IMG/VR virus record: IMGVR_UViG_2925939204_000004
Coordinates: 1 to 23,505 of that record
Source of the DNA: a virus
Lineage: Duplodnaviria; Heunggongvirae; Uroviricota; Caudoviricetes
DNA: 23,505 nt
Direction: 5' to 3' (one strand)
The translations under genes were made by a program, and so were the position numbers. Below are positions 1 to 8,540 of the stretch, piece after piece. The number at the start of each line of letters is the position of its first letter. Position 1 is the first letter of the stretch. Below the pieces are notes generated by a model. That model ran no database searches, had not been told where the DNA came from, and was given only the letters and a program-made list of their open reading frames with translations.

Positions 1-141
1 TTACTGCTTACACTGTAAGAACGCCGCAAACTCCGCTCCCCAGAAGCTCATCCGTATTTCACACAGCGAACCGTGCAACATCCAGATGATGAGGATTGCC
101 GTCACGCAGAACGTGATGGCCGTAAGCGATTTTTGCGACAT
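1..141 (-). CDS. Hok/Gef-family type I toxin (46 aa)
   Basis: Minus-strand ORF, ATG at 139-141, TAA at 1-3. Translation MSQKSLTAITFCVTAILIIWMLHGSLCEIRMSFWGAEFAAFLQCKQ has one hydrophobic helix and the Hok-family C-V-T...S-L-C-E-I-R signature. AAGGAG lies 9 nt upstream. Gene ends at the window edge. Confidence 0.65.
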   Translation of the reverse strand: MSQKSLTAITFCVTAILIIWMLHGSLCEIRMSFWGAEFAAFLQCKQ

Positions 142-271
142 AGCACTTGCTCCTTTTCCGGAGAGGCGCTAACCTTTCACTTGTCAAGGTAATGCGGTTA
201 GGGCCTCGGTTAAACAGAGATGTTTTCCGGGGCCTTTCCACATCTGGCCTTCGGGTATTCCCTCCGACCAT
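59..271 (-). CDS. mok-like overlapping frame (70 codons) covering the hok start
   Basis: A 70-codon ORF with ATG at 269-271 overlaps the hok gene in another frame, as mok does in hok/sok loci. No clear SD and no similarity argument, so this rests on the overlap geometry alone. Confidence 0.3.
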   Translation of the reverse strand: MVGGNTRRPDVERPRKTSLFNRGPNRITLTSERLAPLRKRSKCYVAKIAYGHHVLRDGNPHHLDVARFAV

Positions 272-331
272 CAGCCGAAAGGCACCCGCGCGTAATCTAT
301 CGCTTTTTTGTTACTCCGGCAATTCTGCCTG

Positions 332-592
332 TTAATTCTGAGGTAAAGGCAAGCTCATCTGATTGTTTCCCCTGTGTGAAGCTGGCAGCTCATGCCACGG
401 GATACCTTCTGAAGAGTGGATGCCGGAGGCGTGTTTCGATGTGAATTTATGGAAAGCTTCCAGTGTTGAGAAGCATACGCCGCATTCCAGGTTGTTACAC
501 TGGTAATACTTTTGCCGCACGGTGTTTGAATCATTTTCCGGACGACTGGTGCGGATACGGGCAGATGCGCCACAAAGCGGACAACGGAACAT
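332..592 (-). CDS. ogr: Ogr/Delta-family zinc-finger late transcription activator
   Basis: Translation starts MFRCPLCGASARIRTSR...YYQCNNLECGVCFS, matching the CxxC...CxxC Ogr signature of P2. The ORF is 86 aa against about 72 for P2 Ogr, so the C-terminal end is uncertain. Confidence 0.8.
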   Translation of the reverse strand: MFRCPLCGASARIRTSRPENDSNTVRQKYYQCNNLECGVCFSTLEAFHKFTSKHASGIHSSEGIPWHELPASHRGNNQMSLPLPQN

Positions 593-703
593 AGCGACCT
601 CCCTTAACGTAGTGCTGTCGCTAGTTTAGGCTGAACTTGCTCAGACTCCAACTGATAGTTCGTTTTGTTTACTGATGCCGTAGAAAGGTCTCTTAGCAAG
701 AAT

Positions 704-726
704 AACCCCAGTTTAACACTGGGGTT
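704..726 (-). terminator. Hairpin (8-bp stem AACCCCAG / CTGGGGTT, 7-nt loop) downstream of the 742-1407 gene
   Basis: Perfect inverted repeat 18 nt after the stop of the minus-strand cargo gene, followed on the minus strand by a moderately U-rich stretch (AUUCUU). Confidence 0.4.
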
Positions 727-741
727 GCTTGCAACAGAGCG

Positions 742-1407
742 TCAATTTTTAAGAGCACTGATACAGAAAAATTGCATGACATTTTTCTTTATTGATTTAA
801 ATAAGCTAAACATTGTGACAGGTTCAAAGCTAGTTAACTCGATGAATTCCTCTCTCATTTGAGAAAGTAACAGCTGACGTACTGATTCAATTTCTGCTGT
901 TTGTTTTCTCAAATATCTTGAGAAAACAAGTAGTTCATCAGCTGTTTTGTTTTGGCCATTTATAAACGTAACAGGTTGCCCTGGCTTAGATATGAGAAAA
1001 AATTGGTTAATTTTATCAAGTAATGGTGGAATTATTTTTTTCCATTCAGCCCATTCTTTTTCACGATGAAACTCCAGACTGTGCTGACATGTTCTTAGTT
1101 GCTGTATATCAATCGCCCAGACCTCACTCTCATCGAGGCAATCTTTCCATTTGCTAATTACATTAATGTCAAATTTTTTGTTCGGTAGATAATTATCTTT
1201 GGCGTGCGCTTCCAGTATAGAGGCAAGAGTACCTGTATATTGCATCAAATTGGTAGATGCTCGGTTTACTAGCTCTGATATTCGATCTAGTTGAGTTGTT
1301 CTAATCTCAAGTGCTTTCTTTTTACGTTCATTTCGTAAAGCAAAATATGCAGCAAGGCAGACTGCAGCAACTGTGGCTGCTGGTGCGATAAAAATTTGCA
1401 TATTCAT
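742..1407 (-). CDS. AT-rich hypothetical membrane-anchored protein (cargo between D and ogr)
   Basis: ORF with AAGGA SD 8 nt before ATG at 1405-1407 (the internal Met of the tracked ORF). N-terminal hydrophobic helix MNMQIFIAPAATVAAVCLAAYFAL, then about 200 hydrophilic residues. GC content is visibly lower than in the flanking D and ogr genes. No family recognised. Confidence 0.5.
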   Translation of the reverse strand: MNMQIFIAPAATVAAVCLAAYFALRNERKKKALEIRTTQLDRISELVNRASTNLMQYTGTLASILEAHAKDNYLPNKKFDINVISKWKDCLDESEVWAIDIQQLRTCQHSLEFHREKEWAEWKKIIPPLLDKINQFFLISKPGQPVTFINGQNKTADELLVFSRYLRKQTAEIESVRQLLLSQMREEFIELTSFEPVTMFSLFKSIKKNVMQFFCISALKN

Positions 1408-1601
1408 AACATGGATCCTTTGACATGGCATTTATGGGGGCTATTTCAGCAGTAATCATTTGTGTGTAAATTTGTTTGCTACAAATTAACATATTCTAAT
1501 GTAAGGCTCTTCTGATTTTGACACCGGGTAGGCTGTCAGATTGGTTATGATTCTTGCTGTAAGCGCGTTAGCAAATGTCAGGGCTAATGCATCTAAGTTG
1601 T

Positions 1602-2711
1602 TTACTCTGTTTCTGCTATCCATTCCGGGATTTTGGCTTCAAGCTCAAGCTGCGTGGTAAAGCCACTGTTATCAATGGTGTGCTCGGCTTTTGCAATGAT
1701 CCAGTCCTGATTATCAATCTCGCTTTTAAATCCTGTTACCGTGCCATGCATTTCGGGGTAGAGCTCTGCTCGTCCACGTGCCAGCGTGATGGAAAATGAT
1801 GCGGCTCCGCGTTGTAGCTGCTGCCACTTTGCCGCCGCTGCGCGTCTTGCTGCCTGCTCGTTCTGATAAGTTTTGCGTAACACAAACACATTGCCTTCCG
1901 CGCCTTCCATATAATCACCTTCACGGCTGCTGCTTTTCTCCTTTTTGGGTTTTGGCGGTTTGCGGCGTTTCACGCTGACTTTTTTCTTTTTCCCGTAATT
2001 AAGATCAAGCCAGTAAGCGCGTACCCCCGTATACGCTTCGCGGTCAGCAATGCGGAACTGATGGCGATCGCCACTGCTGCGCGTGATGGCGAACGAGGGC
2101 AACGGCTGGCCCTGCGCGTTCACGCCACCGCCTGGCATGATGAATAACAGATTACCGCTTTTTACCGTGGTGATTGCGCCCAGCATTTCCGCCATGCGCG
2201 TAAGGAAGGACATGTCGCTTTCTTCGGTCTGGTCGGCGTGGTCGATTTCGATATCCATCAGCATTTCGCTGATTTGCGGTTTCAGACCATACCGATGAGC
2301 GATGGCGGATACCACACGCTCAACGGTCACATCATGCCAGGACACCTCACGTTTAACGTTAAATTCATCCCGAAAATCTGCGCTTCTGGCTGAAACAGTC
2401 AGCCTGTCCGGCGGTCCTTCGTGAGCGATTTCATCAACAATGTAAGTGCCTTTTTCTGTCAGCGGTTCTCCTTTCCAGCCAATGAGAACCGTCAGGCGCG
2501 CGCCCCGTGGCGGTAGCTGCAACTGACCATCCGCATCATCCAGCGTGATGGTGAGCTGGTCCGCCTCAAATCCCCGGTTGTCGGTCAGTGACAGGCTCAT
2601 CAGGCGCTCTGCCACGCCTGACAGCGTTTTACCCTCCGCGAGAATATCAAAATCCGGCATTTTCACGGGGTCTGTGCCCTGACTGAGCAATTGCATGGTG
2701 GTGTCGGTCAT
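1602..2711 (-). CDS. D: P2 gpD-family tail protein (late control gene D)
   Basis: Translation contains SLSLTDNRGFEADQLTITLDDADG, SWHD and a basic KKKKVSVKRRKPPKPKKEK linker, as in gpD. Start placed at the internal ATG (2709-2711) preceded by GGGAGGGAG rather than at the upstream extension. Confidence 0.85.
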   Translation of the reverse strand: MTDTTMQLLSQGTDPVKMPDFDILAEGKTLSGVAERLMSLSLTDNRGFEADQLTITLDDADGQLQLPPRGARLTVLIGWKGEPLTEKGTYIVDEIAHEGPPDRLTVSARSADFRDEFNVKREVSWHDVTVERVVSAIAHRYGLKPQISEMLMDIEIDHADQTEESDMSFLTRMAEMLGAITTVKSGNLLFIMPGGGVNAQGQPLPSFAITRSSGDRHQFRIADREAYTGVRAYWLDLNYGKKKKVSVKRRKPPKPKKEKSSSREGDYMEGAEGNVFVLRKTYQNEQAARRAAAAKWQQLQRGAASFSITLARGRAELYPEMHGTVTGFKSEIDNQDWIIAKAEHTIDNSGFTTQLELEAKIPEWIAETE

Positions 2712-2868
2712 CTGCTCCCTCCCTGTGTGGCATGGTCGCATGTGCGTGCGGAGGGGGTTACTGCTTTTTGTTGTCGCCGTGGCGGGAGAATGGCGCAGGG
2801 GTGAGATTACGCGCGTGGTGGGTGATGATTGTTGCCGAATCATTTAACGGATACAAGGGGCTGAAGCT

Positions 2869-4053
2869 ATGAGTGAAACTCGTTTTCATGGTGCCCGTGT
2901 TACGGAAAATACCGACCTGGTAACAGCGATTAACGATGTTGATTCCAGCGTTATCGGTATCGTGGCAACGGCGGATGATGCGGACGCGAAGCTGTTCCCG
3001 CTGAACAAGCCCACACTGCTGACCCGCGTCAATGACGTGCTGGGAAAATGCGGAACAACGGGGACGCTTTATCGTGCGCTTAAGGCCATCGCAGACCAGG
3101 TGAGCACAAAGGTGATCGTCGTTCGCGTGGCTGAACACAAAGAAGAAGACGAAAAGACGCAGGATCAACTGGTTATCGGTGGTTCTGAGGATGACGGCAG
3201 CTATACGGGGATGTATGCGCTGCTTGTTGCAGAGCAGGATGAAAGCATCGGATACCGTCCGCGTATTCTGGCCGCGCCGGAGCTGGACACGGAGGCGGTG
3301 ACAAAATCCCTGTGCGTGATTGCGGGTAAACTGCGCGCATTTGTGTATGCCTCATGTCACGGCTGTAACACGATGGCTGAAGCGATTACCTACCGCCAGA
3401 AATTCAACGAACGTGAAGTGATGCTCTTATGGCCGGACTTCATCGCCTACAACCCGAAAAGTGGCGAAAACGAAACGTTCCCCGCGCCTGCTTATGCGTG
3501 CGGCCTTCGTGCGTACATTGACCATGAGCAGGGCTGGCACAAATCGCTGTCCAACGTTCCGGTTAAAAATGTGCTGGGGATGTCGAGGCATGTGTTCTGG
3601 TCGTTGCAGGCCGAAGACAGCGATGCCAACAGCCTCAACAACAAAGAAATCACGACCATTATTCGTCGCAACGGGTTCCGCTTCTGGGGCAACCGCACAC
3701 CGGAAACGAACGCCTACATTTTTGAGGTGTACACCCGAACCGCACAGGTGCTGGCTGATTCAATTGCGGAAGCGCAGTTTGAAACCATCGACAGTCCACT
3801 GACGCCTGCGAACGTGAAGGATGTTATCAGTGCCATCAGGGCAAAACTGGATTCACTGGTGACTGCCGGGAAACTGATTGGCGCGGAGTGCTGGTATGAC
3901 GTGGTGGATAACAGCACCACGGATTTACGTCAGGGGCGTGTGCGTATTCGCTACAAATATACGCCCGTTCCGCCACTGGAAGACATGGAGCTTTACCAGA
4001 CGTTTACTGATGAATACTTTGAACCCGCATTTGCGGTGCTGGGAGGTGCCTGA
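2869..4053 (+). CDS. FI: Contractile tail sheath protein (P2 gpFI family)
   Basis: 394-aa ORF with a FPLNKP motif near the N-terminus and sheath-like length. Its stop overlaps the FII start (TGATG). Confidence 0.9.
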   Translation: MSETRFHGARVTENTDLVTAINDVDSSVIGIVATADDADAKLFPLNKPTLLTRVNDVLGKCGTTGTLYRALKAIADQVSTKVIVVRVAEHKEEDEKTQDQLVIGGSEDDGSYTGMYALLVAEQDESIGYRPRILAAPELDTEAVTKSLCVIAGKLRAFVYASCHGCNTMAEAITYRQKFNEREVMLLWPDFIAYNPKSGENETFPAPAYACGLRAYIDHEQGWHKSLSNVPVKNVLGMSRHVFWSLQAEDSDANSLNNKEITTIIRRNGFRFWGNRTPETNAYIFEVYTRTAQVLADSIAEAQFETIDSPLTPANVKDVISAIRAKLDSLVTAGKLIGAECWYDVVDNSTTDLRQGRVRIRYKYTPVPPLEDMELYQTFTDEYFEPAFAVLGGA

Positions 4054-4565
4054 TGGCTGTGCCAAAACATCTTCGCTTTTTTACGTTGTTTGTGGATGGT
4101 GAAAACGAAGTGGGTAAGGTGACGTCCGTCACTTTGCCTAAGCTGACGCGCAAAACCGACAGCTACCGGGGTGGTGGCATGATGGGGGCGGTAAGTATTG
4201 ATCTCGGCCTGGACGACTCCGCGCTTGATGCGAGCTTTGTCATGGGGGGCGCAGTTCGTGAGCTGTTCCTTAAGTATGGCGGCACGATTGACGGCACGCT
4301 GCTGCGTTTTGCGGGTGAATACTACACCGATGCAGAAAGCGACCTGTATGAAGTCGAAATGCGCGGACGTGTGACGGAAATTGATATGGGGGAAGCCAAA
4401 CAGGGCGAAGCCACATCACACACTTACGCCATTAAAAACACCTACTACAAGCTGAGTGTTAACGATCGCCCGTTGTGGGAGATTGACCTGCTGAACTTCA
4501 TTTACCGGAAGGACGGCAAGGACATTGTGCCCGATCGCATCCGTTCCGCGCTTGGGCTTGGCTGA
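4053..4565 (+). CDS. FII: Tail tube protein (P2 gpFII family)
   Basis: 170-aa ORF containing VTSVTLPKLTRKTDSYRGGGMMGAVSIDLGLDD, the tube-protein motif. Translationally coupled to FI. Confidence 0.9.
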   Translation: MAVPKHLRFFTLFVDGENEVGKVTSVTLPKLTRKTDSYRGGGMMGAVSIDLGLDDSALDASFVMGGAVRELFLKYGGTIDGTLLRFAGEYYTDAESDLYEVEMRGRVTEIDMGEAKQGEATSHTYAIKNTYYKLSVNDRPLWEIDLLNFIYRKDGKDIVPDRIRSALGLG

Positions 4566-4619
4566 TAAGTAATATGCAGGCGGCGCAGTGCGTCGCCTCT
4601 GACTGAAAGGAGTTTCCTG

Positions 4620-4985
4620 ATGAAAGAGACGAAAAACATCGATACCGAAAACACGGTAGTTGCTGACACTGTGAAAGAAACCAGTGAGCGTGGCGTAAAA
4701 CTTACCCAACCAATTGAGCGAGGCGGCGAAAAAATCACGTATGTGGAGATCACCGGAGCTATTGAGCAGGCTGGATCTCTGCGAGATTTGTCGCTGTCTG
4801 ATGTGCTGAATCTGAAAGCGGAATCCATGTTTACGCTGCTGTCACGCGTGACATCACCGCGACTGGATGAAGTGACGATCAAAAAAATGGCATCCCGTGA
4901 CTTTATTCAGTTATGTGTGGTTGCCGTAAATTTTTTGAGCGGTGCGGACTCTGGCGGGAAGAACGAACAGGCGACGGAAGCCTGA
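4620..4985 (+). CDS. E: Tail assembly chaperone gpE (zero-frame product)
   Basis: AAAGGAG SD 7 nt before ATG at 4620. Sits between tube and tape-measure genes and contains the T6G slippery heptamer. Confidence 0.75.
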   Translation: MKETKNIDTENTVVADTVKETSERGVKLTQPIERGGEKITYVEITGAIEQAGSLRDLSLSDVLNLKAESMFTLLSRVTSPRLDEVTIKKMASRDFIQLCVVAVNFLSGADSGGKNEQATEA

Positions 4986-5149
4986 TCACGGTTGTGTGCT
5001 TTGAGCACATAGAAGACTTTGTGGCAGATATTGCCGTTATTTTTAACTGGTCGCCCGCCGAAATCTTCATGATGACGCCCGGCGAAGTGGTTAGCTGGCG
5101 TGAGCGGGCGGCACTTCGCAGCGGGAATGCAGACAATGAAGACTCTTGA
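4620..5149 (+). CDS. gpE+E' fusion made by a programmed -1 frameshift
   Basis: The -1 frame (ORF 4913-5149) opens exactly at the TTTTTTG site and ends with SWRERAALRSG, overlapping the T start. This is the P2 FETUD arrangement. Confidence 0.6.
4931..4937 (+). other. Programmed -1 ribosomal frameshift slippery site (TTTTTTG)
   Basis: T6G heptamer in the E frame (codons AAT TTT TTG give NFL); the -1 frame continues FERCGLW for 71 more codons. Confidence 0.6.
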
Positions 5150-7943
5150 TATCCGGGTCGCTTTCAGCGCCGTTGACAGGCTGACCCGACCTGCCGAAAA
5201 CGCCCGCCGCCTGATGGGGCAGTTTGGTGACTCCATTCAGCGAACGCAGGGGGCGATCAAAAATCTCGAGCGTCAGGTGCGTTCATTTGAGCGCGCCCGC
5301 GACGCTGTCAGTAAAGCGGATGCGGGCATCGTGAAAGCACGACGCCAGCTTAACGCCCTAAATCAGTTACAACGCACGGGTACAGTGCTCAGCGAAAAGC
5401 AACAAAAGCTGATGCAGCAGTTAAGCACCCGGCTTGAACGCCTGAATGAATCGCGCACACGGGAAATTCAGAAAATGCGGGAGCTTGGCGGAGAGCTGAA
5501 ACGCCACGGCATTTCCCTGACAGGCAGCGATAACACCATCCAGCAGGCCATCAGACGCACCGAACAGTACAACAACCAGCTTGAACGCGAACGGCAGGCT
5601 CTTGCGCGTGTAACGCGGGCGCGTGAGCGGTATTCGCGCGCGCAGGAAACAGCGGGAAAACTGAAAACAGGTGGTGCGCTGGCAATTGGTGCGGCAGCGG
5701 CGGGCGGCTATGCTGCCGGGCGTTTTTTGCAGCCTGCGATCGGGTTCGGGAAAGAGATGTCCCGCGTTCAGGCACTGACGCGAATCGACAAAAACAGCCC
5801 GCAGTTTAAGGCGCTGCGTGAGCAGGCGTTAAAACTTGGCTCTGAAACGCAGTTCACCGCAGGCGATGCCGCCAGTGGGCAGGCATTTCTTGCAATGGCT
5901 GGCTTCACACCACAGGCCATTCAGGCTGCGCTCCCTGGCGTACTGAGCATGGCAACGGCTGGCGGTATGGACCTCGGTGAGACGGCGGATATTGGCTCAA
6001 ATATTCTGACGCAGTTCGGTCTTTCTGCTGACCAGATGGACCGGGTCGGCGACACACTCACCGCAGCGTTTACCCGTACCAACACTGACCTTCGCGCACT
6101 GGGTGAAACCATGAAATATGCAGGTCCGGTGGCGGGTAAGCTGGGAATATCGCTGGAGCAGGCCGCAGCGATGGCGGGCGTGCTGGCGAATATGGGTATC
6201 AGGGGGAGTGATGCCGGGACGGCAATGCGTGCCAGCCTGGCTCGTCTGGCATCACCGCCAAAGGCGGCAGCAGAGGCGCTGAAAGAGCTTGGCGTGTCTG
6301 TCTCGGATGCCGGGGGCAAAATGCGCCCGATGGAGGATGTGCTGGCTGACCTTTATAAAGCTACCCGCAAATACGGGGAAGTTGACCGGGTATCGTTCTT
6401 TAAGGACATTGCCGGAGAAGAGGCTTTCACATCATTTATGGCCCTCGTTGATGCGGCAGGTGACGGCTCCTTACCCAAACTGAGAAAAGAACTTGAAGGC
6501 GCGCGCGGTGAGGCTGAACGCACGGCAAAGGTTATGGCCAACAACCTTGACGGCGATCTGAAATCACTCAGCAGTGCATGGGAAGGGTTGCGCATCCGCA
6601 TTGCAGATCTGATTGACGGTCCGCTGCGTTCTGTCACGCAGTGGCTCACGCGTGTGGTATCAAAGGTGACGGCGCTGGCGCAGGCCCATCCCGCACTGAC
6701 GCGCCAGCTACTGATTGCAGGCGGTGCGTTGCTGGCAATGACTGCAACGGTTGGCTCGTTGTCGCTGGCTATTGGTGTGCTTGCTGGCCCGCTGGCAAAA
6801 CTGCGTCTTGGCTTTTCCCTCCTGACCGGTTCAATGAATGCTGTCAGACTCCTGCCAGCATTATGGGGAATGGTGACGGGTTCCGTTTCGTTACTGGGGG
6901 GCGCTATCGGGGCGTTGTTCAGTCCGGTCGGTCTTATCGTGGCTGCGCTTGCCGGAGCTGCCGTTCTCATCTGGAAATACTGGGATCCCATCAGGGCATT
7001 TTTTGCCGGGGTGTTCAGCGGGATTATGGAAAGGCTGACCCCGTTGCGCGAAACCTTTGAACGGTTTGGTCCTGTTTTTGACGCAATCGGAAGCGGGATC
7101 AGCCAGGTGTTTAACTGGTTTAAATCGCTGTTGTCACCGATGGAGTCCAGCAAGGAAACGCTGGATAAATGTACCAGTGCTGGCGAGATATTCGGTAACG
7201 TTCTTGGCGGTGCGTTACAACTTGTTCTGACACCTGCAAAAATGCTACTGGATACGCTGGCGTGGATACTTGAAAAACTTGGCGTCCTTCCGGATGAAGC
7301 GGAAAGGGCGCGCAAGAAAATCGAAGACGCACAGCGTGCGGCCATTCTTCAGGACAAGGTTGCCTTACTTCAGGGGGACCTGGCGAAAATCAATCCGCCG
7401 AAGCCTGTGGAAAATGGCAATGGCACCGGAGGTGATAAACCCAAAGACAACAAACCGCTCACAGACAGCAATACCGGGACGCTACGCAGACTCAGCAAAA
7501 TTGCTGATAACACAGGTAAGCTGGTTGATGAGACGAAAAAACGCATTGGCCCCGGCGATATTGTCTTTAAGAACCTGCCCCGCGCACTTGCTGTTCGTGG
7601 GGAGTGGCAGGAGCGGAAGATTGCACAGGTCAGTAAGCCTGCCCCCGCAATTAATATCACCCCCGTGGTCCCGGCTCCGCTGCCTCCGGCGCTGGTCCCT
7701 GTTGTTGCGGCCAGCTCCCGCCCGGTGGCGGAGGCCATACGATCTCCAGTGGCATCAGTTCCTGTAACTTCCCGTAACCGGGAGCCTGTTGCCTCCGGAT
7801 TTGGTGGTGAAATTCATGTTCATCTGCATAACGTTGTTACGCAGAATCCCCGCGAACTGGCGAAACTGGTCGGTGAAATGGTCAGGGCAGAAATGGAACG
7901 GCGCGCCCGTGCTGGGCGTGGCAGTTTTTACGATAAAGATTGA
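5136..7943 (+). CDS. T: Tail tape measure protein (P2 gpT family)
   Basis: About 936 aa with an N-terminal coiled-coil region, Gly/Ala-rich hydrophobic segments and a Pro/Ala-rich tract. Follows E/E'. Start chosen at ATG 5136 (GGGA 9 nt upstream), in the same frame as the tracked ORF. Confidence 0.9.
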   Translation: MKTLDIRVAFSAVDRLTRPAENARRLMGQFGDSIQRTQGAIKNLERQVRSFERARDAVSKADAGIVKARRQLNALNQLQRTGTVLSEKQQKLMQQLSTRLERLNESRTREIQKMRELGGELKRHGISLTGSDNTIQQAIRRTEQYNNQLERERQALARVTRARERYSRAQETAGKLKTGGALAIGAAAAGGYAAGRFLQPAIGFGKEMSRVQALTRIDKNSPQFKALREQALKLGSETQFTAGDAASGQAFLAMAGFTPQAIQAALPGVLSMATAGGMDLGETADIGSNILTQFGLSADQMDRVGDTLTAAFTRTNTDLRALGETMKYAGPVAGKLGISLEQAAAMAGVLANMGIRGSDAGTAMRASLARLASPPKAAAEALKELGVSVSDAGGKMRPMEDVLADLYKATRKYGEVDRVSFFKDIAGEEAFTSFMALVDAAGDGSLPKLRKELEGARGEAERTAKVMANNLDGDLKSLSSAWEGLRIRIADLIDGPLRSVTQWLTRVVSKVTALAQAHPALTRQLLIAGGALLAMTATVGSLSLAIGVLAGPLAKLRLGFSLLTGSMNAVRLLPALWGMVTGSVSLLGGAIGALFSPVGLIVAALAGAAVLIWKYWDPIRAFFAGVFSGIMERLTPLRETFERFGPVFDAIGSGISQVFNWFKSLLSPMESSKETLDKCTSAGEIFGNVLGGALQLVLTPAKMLLDTLAWILEKLGVLPDEAERARKKIEDAQRAAILQDKVALLQGDLAKINPPKPVENGNGTGGDKPKDNKPLTDSNTGTLRRLSKIADNTGKLVDETKKRIGPGDIVFKNLPRALAVRGEWQERKIAQVSKPAPAINITPVVPAPLPPALVPVVAASSRPVAEAIRSPVASVPVTSRNREPVASGFGGEIHVHLHNVVTQNPRELAKLVGEMVRAEMERRARAGRGSFYDKD

Positions 7944-7955
7944 GGAGTCATGGCC

Positions 7956-8444
7956 ATGATGATGATCTACGGCATGTTTGTTTTTGAGCTGCGCACATTG
8001 CCGCATCAGCAGTTACAGCAAAACAAAAGCTGGCGGCATGTGAAAAATGAACGCGTTAACCGTTCAGCAAGCTGGCAGTATATCGGCGCAGGTGATGATC
8101 GCATCGTGCTTTCCGGCGTGCTTTATCCTGAAATTACAGGTGGCGAAGTGTCGCTTTCGTTGCTGACCACACAGGCATATACAGGACGCCCCTGGCCTCT
8201 GATTGATGGTGTCGGGCAGATTTACGGCATGTATGTACTGACTGAAACGAATACGACCCGTTCCGAGTTTGATCGCTACGGTAAGGCGAAAAAGATAGAA
8301 TTTTCACTGACCCTTGAACGCTGTGATGAGGATTTGCGGGAGCGTCTGCAATCCTCATCGTTCAGTGATATGCTGTCCGGCTTCAAAGATAAGGTCACAT
8401 CATCCCTTAACAGCGCGGCCAGTTCAGTTAAAGGACTGTTCTGA
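7956..8444 (+). CDS. U: Tail protein gpU
   Basis: Translation MMMIYGMFVFELRTLPHQQLQQNKSWRH...VLSGVLYPEITGG resembles P2 gpU. GGAG sits 8 nt before ATG 7956. Confidence 0.85.
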   Translation: MMMIYGMFVFELRTLPHQQLQQNKSWRHVKNERVNRSASWQYIGAGDDRIVLSGVLYPEITGGEVSLSLLTTQAYTGRPWPLIDGVGQIYGMYVLTETNTTRSEFDRYGKAKKIEFSLTLERCDEDLRERLQSSSFSDMLSGFKDKVTSSLNSAASSVKGLF

Positions 8445-8453
8445 TTTTACATT

Positions 8454-8496
8454 GCCGCTAATACCCTCATATTGGGTAATGGGCGGCTTGTTGTTA
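8454..8496 (+). terminator. Candidate intrinsic terminator after U
   Basis: Imperfect hairpin (GCCGCTAATACCC ... GGGTAATGGGCGGC) followed by CTTGTTGTTATATA, 10 nt after the U stop. Confidence 0.35.
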
Positions 8497-8540
8497 TATA
8501 ATATATCGTAGGTCCTGATAAAACTGTTGAGGTTTCTACT

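Noticed and set aside
142-741. attR core or tRNA integration target near ogr, and a matching attL near the int 3' end (22650-22760)
   Set aside because: I could not find a shared direct repeat of 12 bp or more between the two ends, nor any tRNA-like sequence. The att sites may lie outside the window or be too short to see by eye.
2712-2843. Upstream extension of the D ORF (413 aa from the first Met)
   Set aside because: The internal ATG at 2709-2711 has a strong GGGAGGGAG SD and gives a gpD-like length; the extension has none.
2712-2868. Ogr-dependent late promoter box (TGT-N12-ACA) upstream of FI, and likewise in 13340-13499
   Set aside because: No spacing-correct match found by eye; only TGT-N15-ACA near 13412, so no late promoter is asserted.
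2758-3168. 136-aa minus-strand ORF overlapping the FI start region
   Set aside because: Antisense to the conserved sheath gene; it accounts for the extended upstream frame but has no family resemblance.
6353-7345. 330-aa minus-strand ORF, and other antisense ORFs inside T (5921-6319, 6641-7060, 7120-7332, 7370-7738)
   Set aside because: They lie antisense within the tape-measure gene, whose plus-strand product has clear family features. The GC-rich, Ala/Pro/Ser/Arg-biased translations are typical of spurious antisense frames.
7620-7800. Pro/Ala/Val-rich low-complexity tract in T that could suggest a separate domain or gene
   Set aside because: It is in frame and continuous with the tape-measure ORF; such tracts are common in tape-measure proteins.
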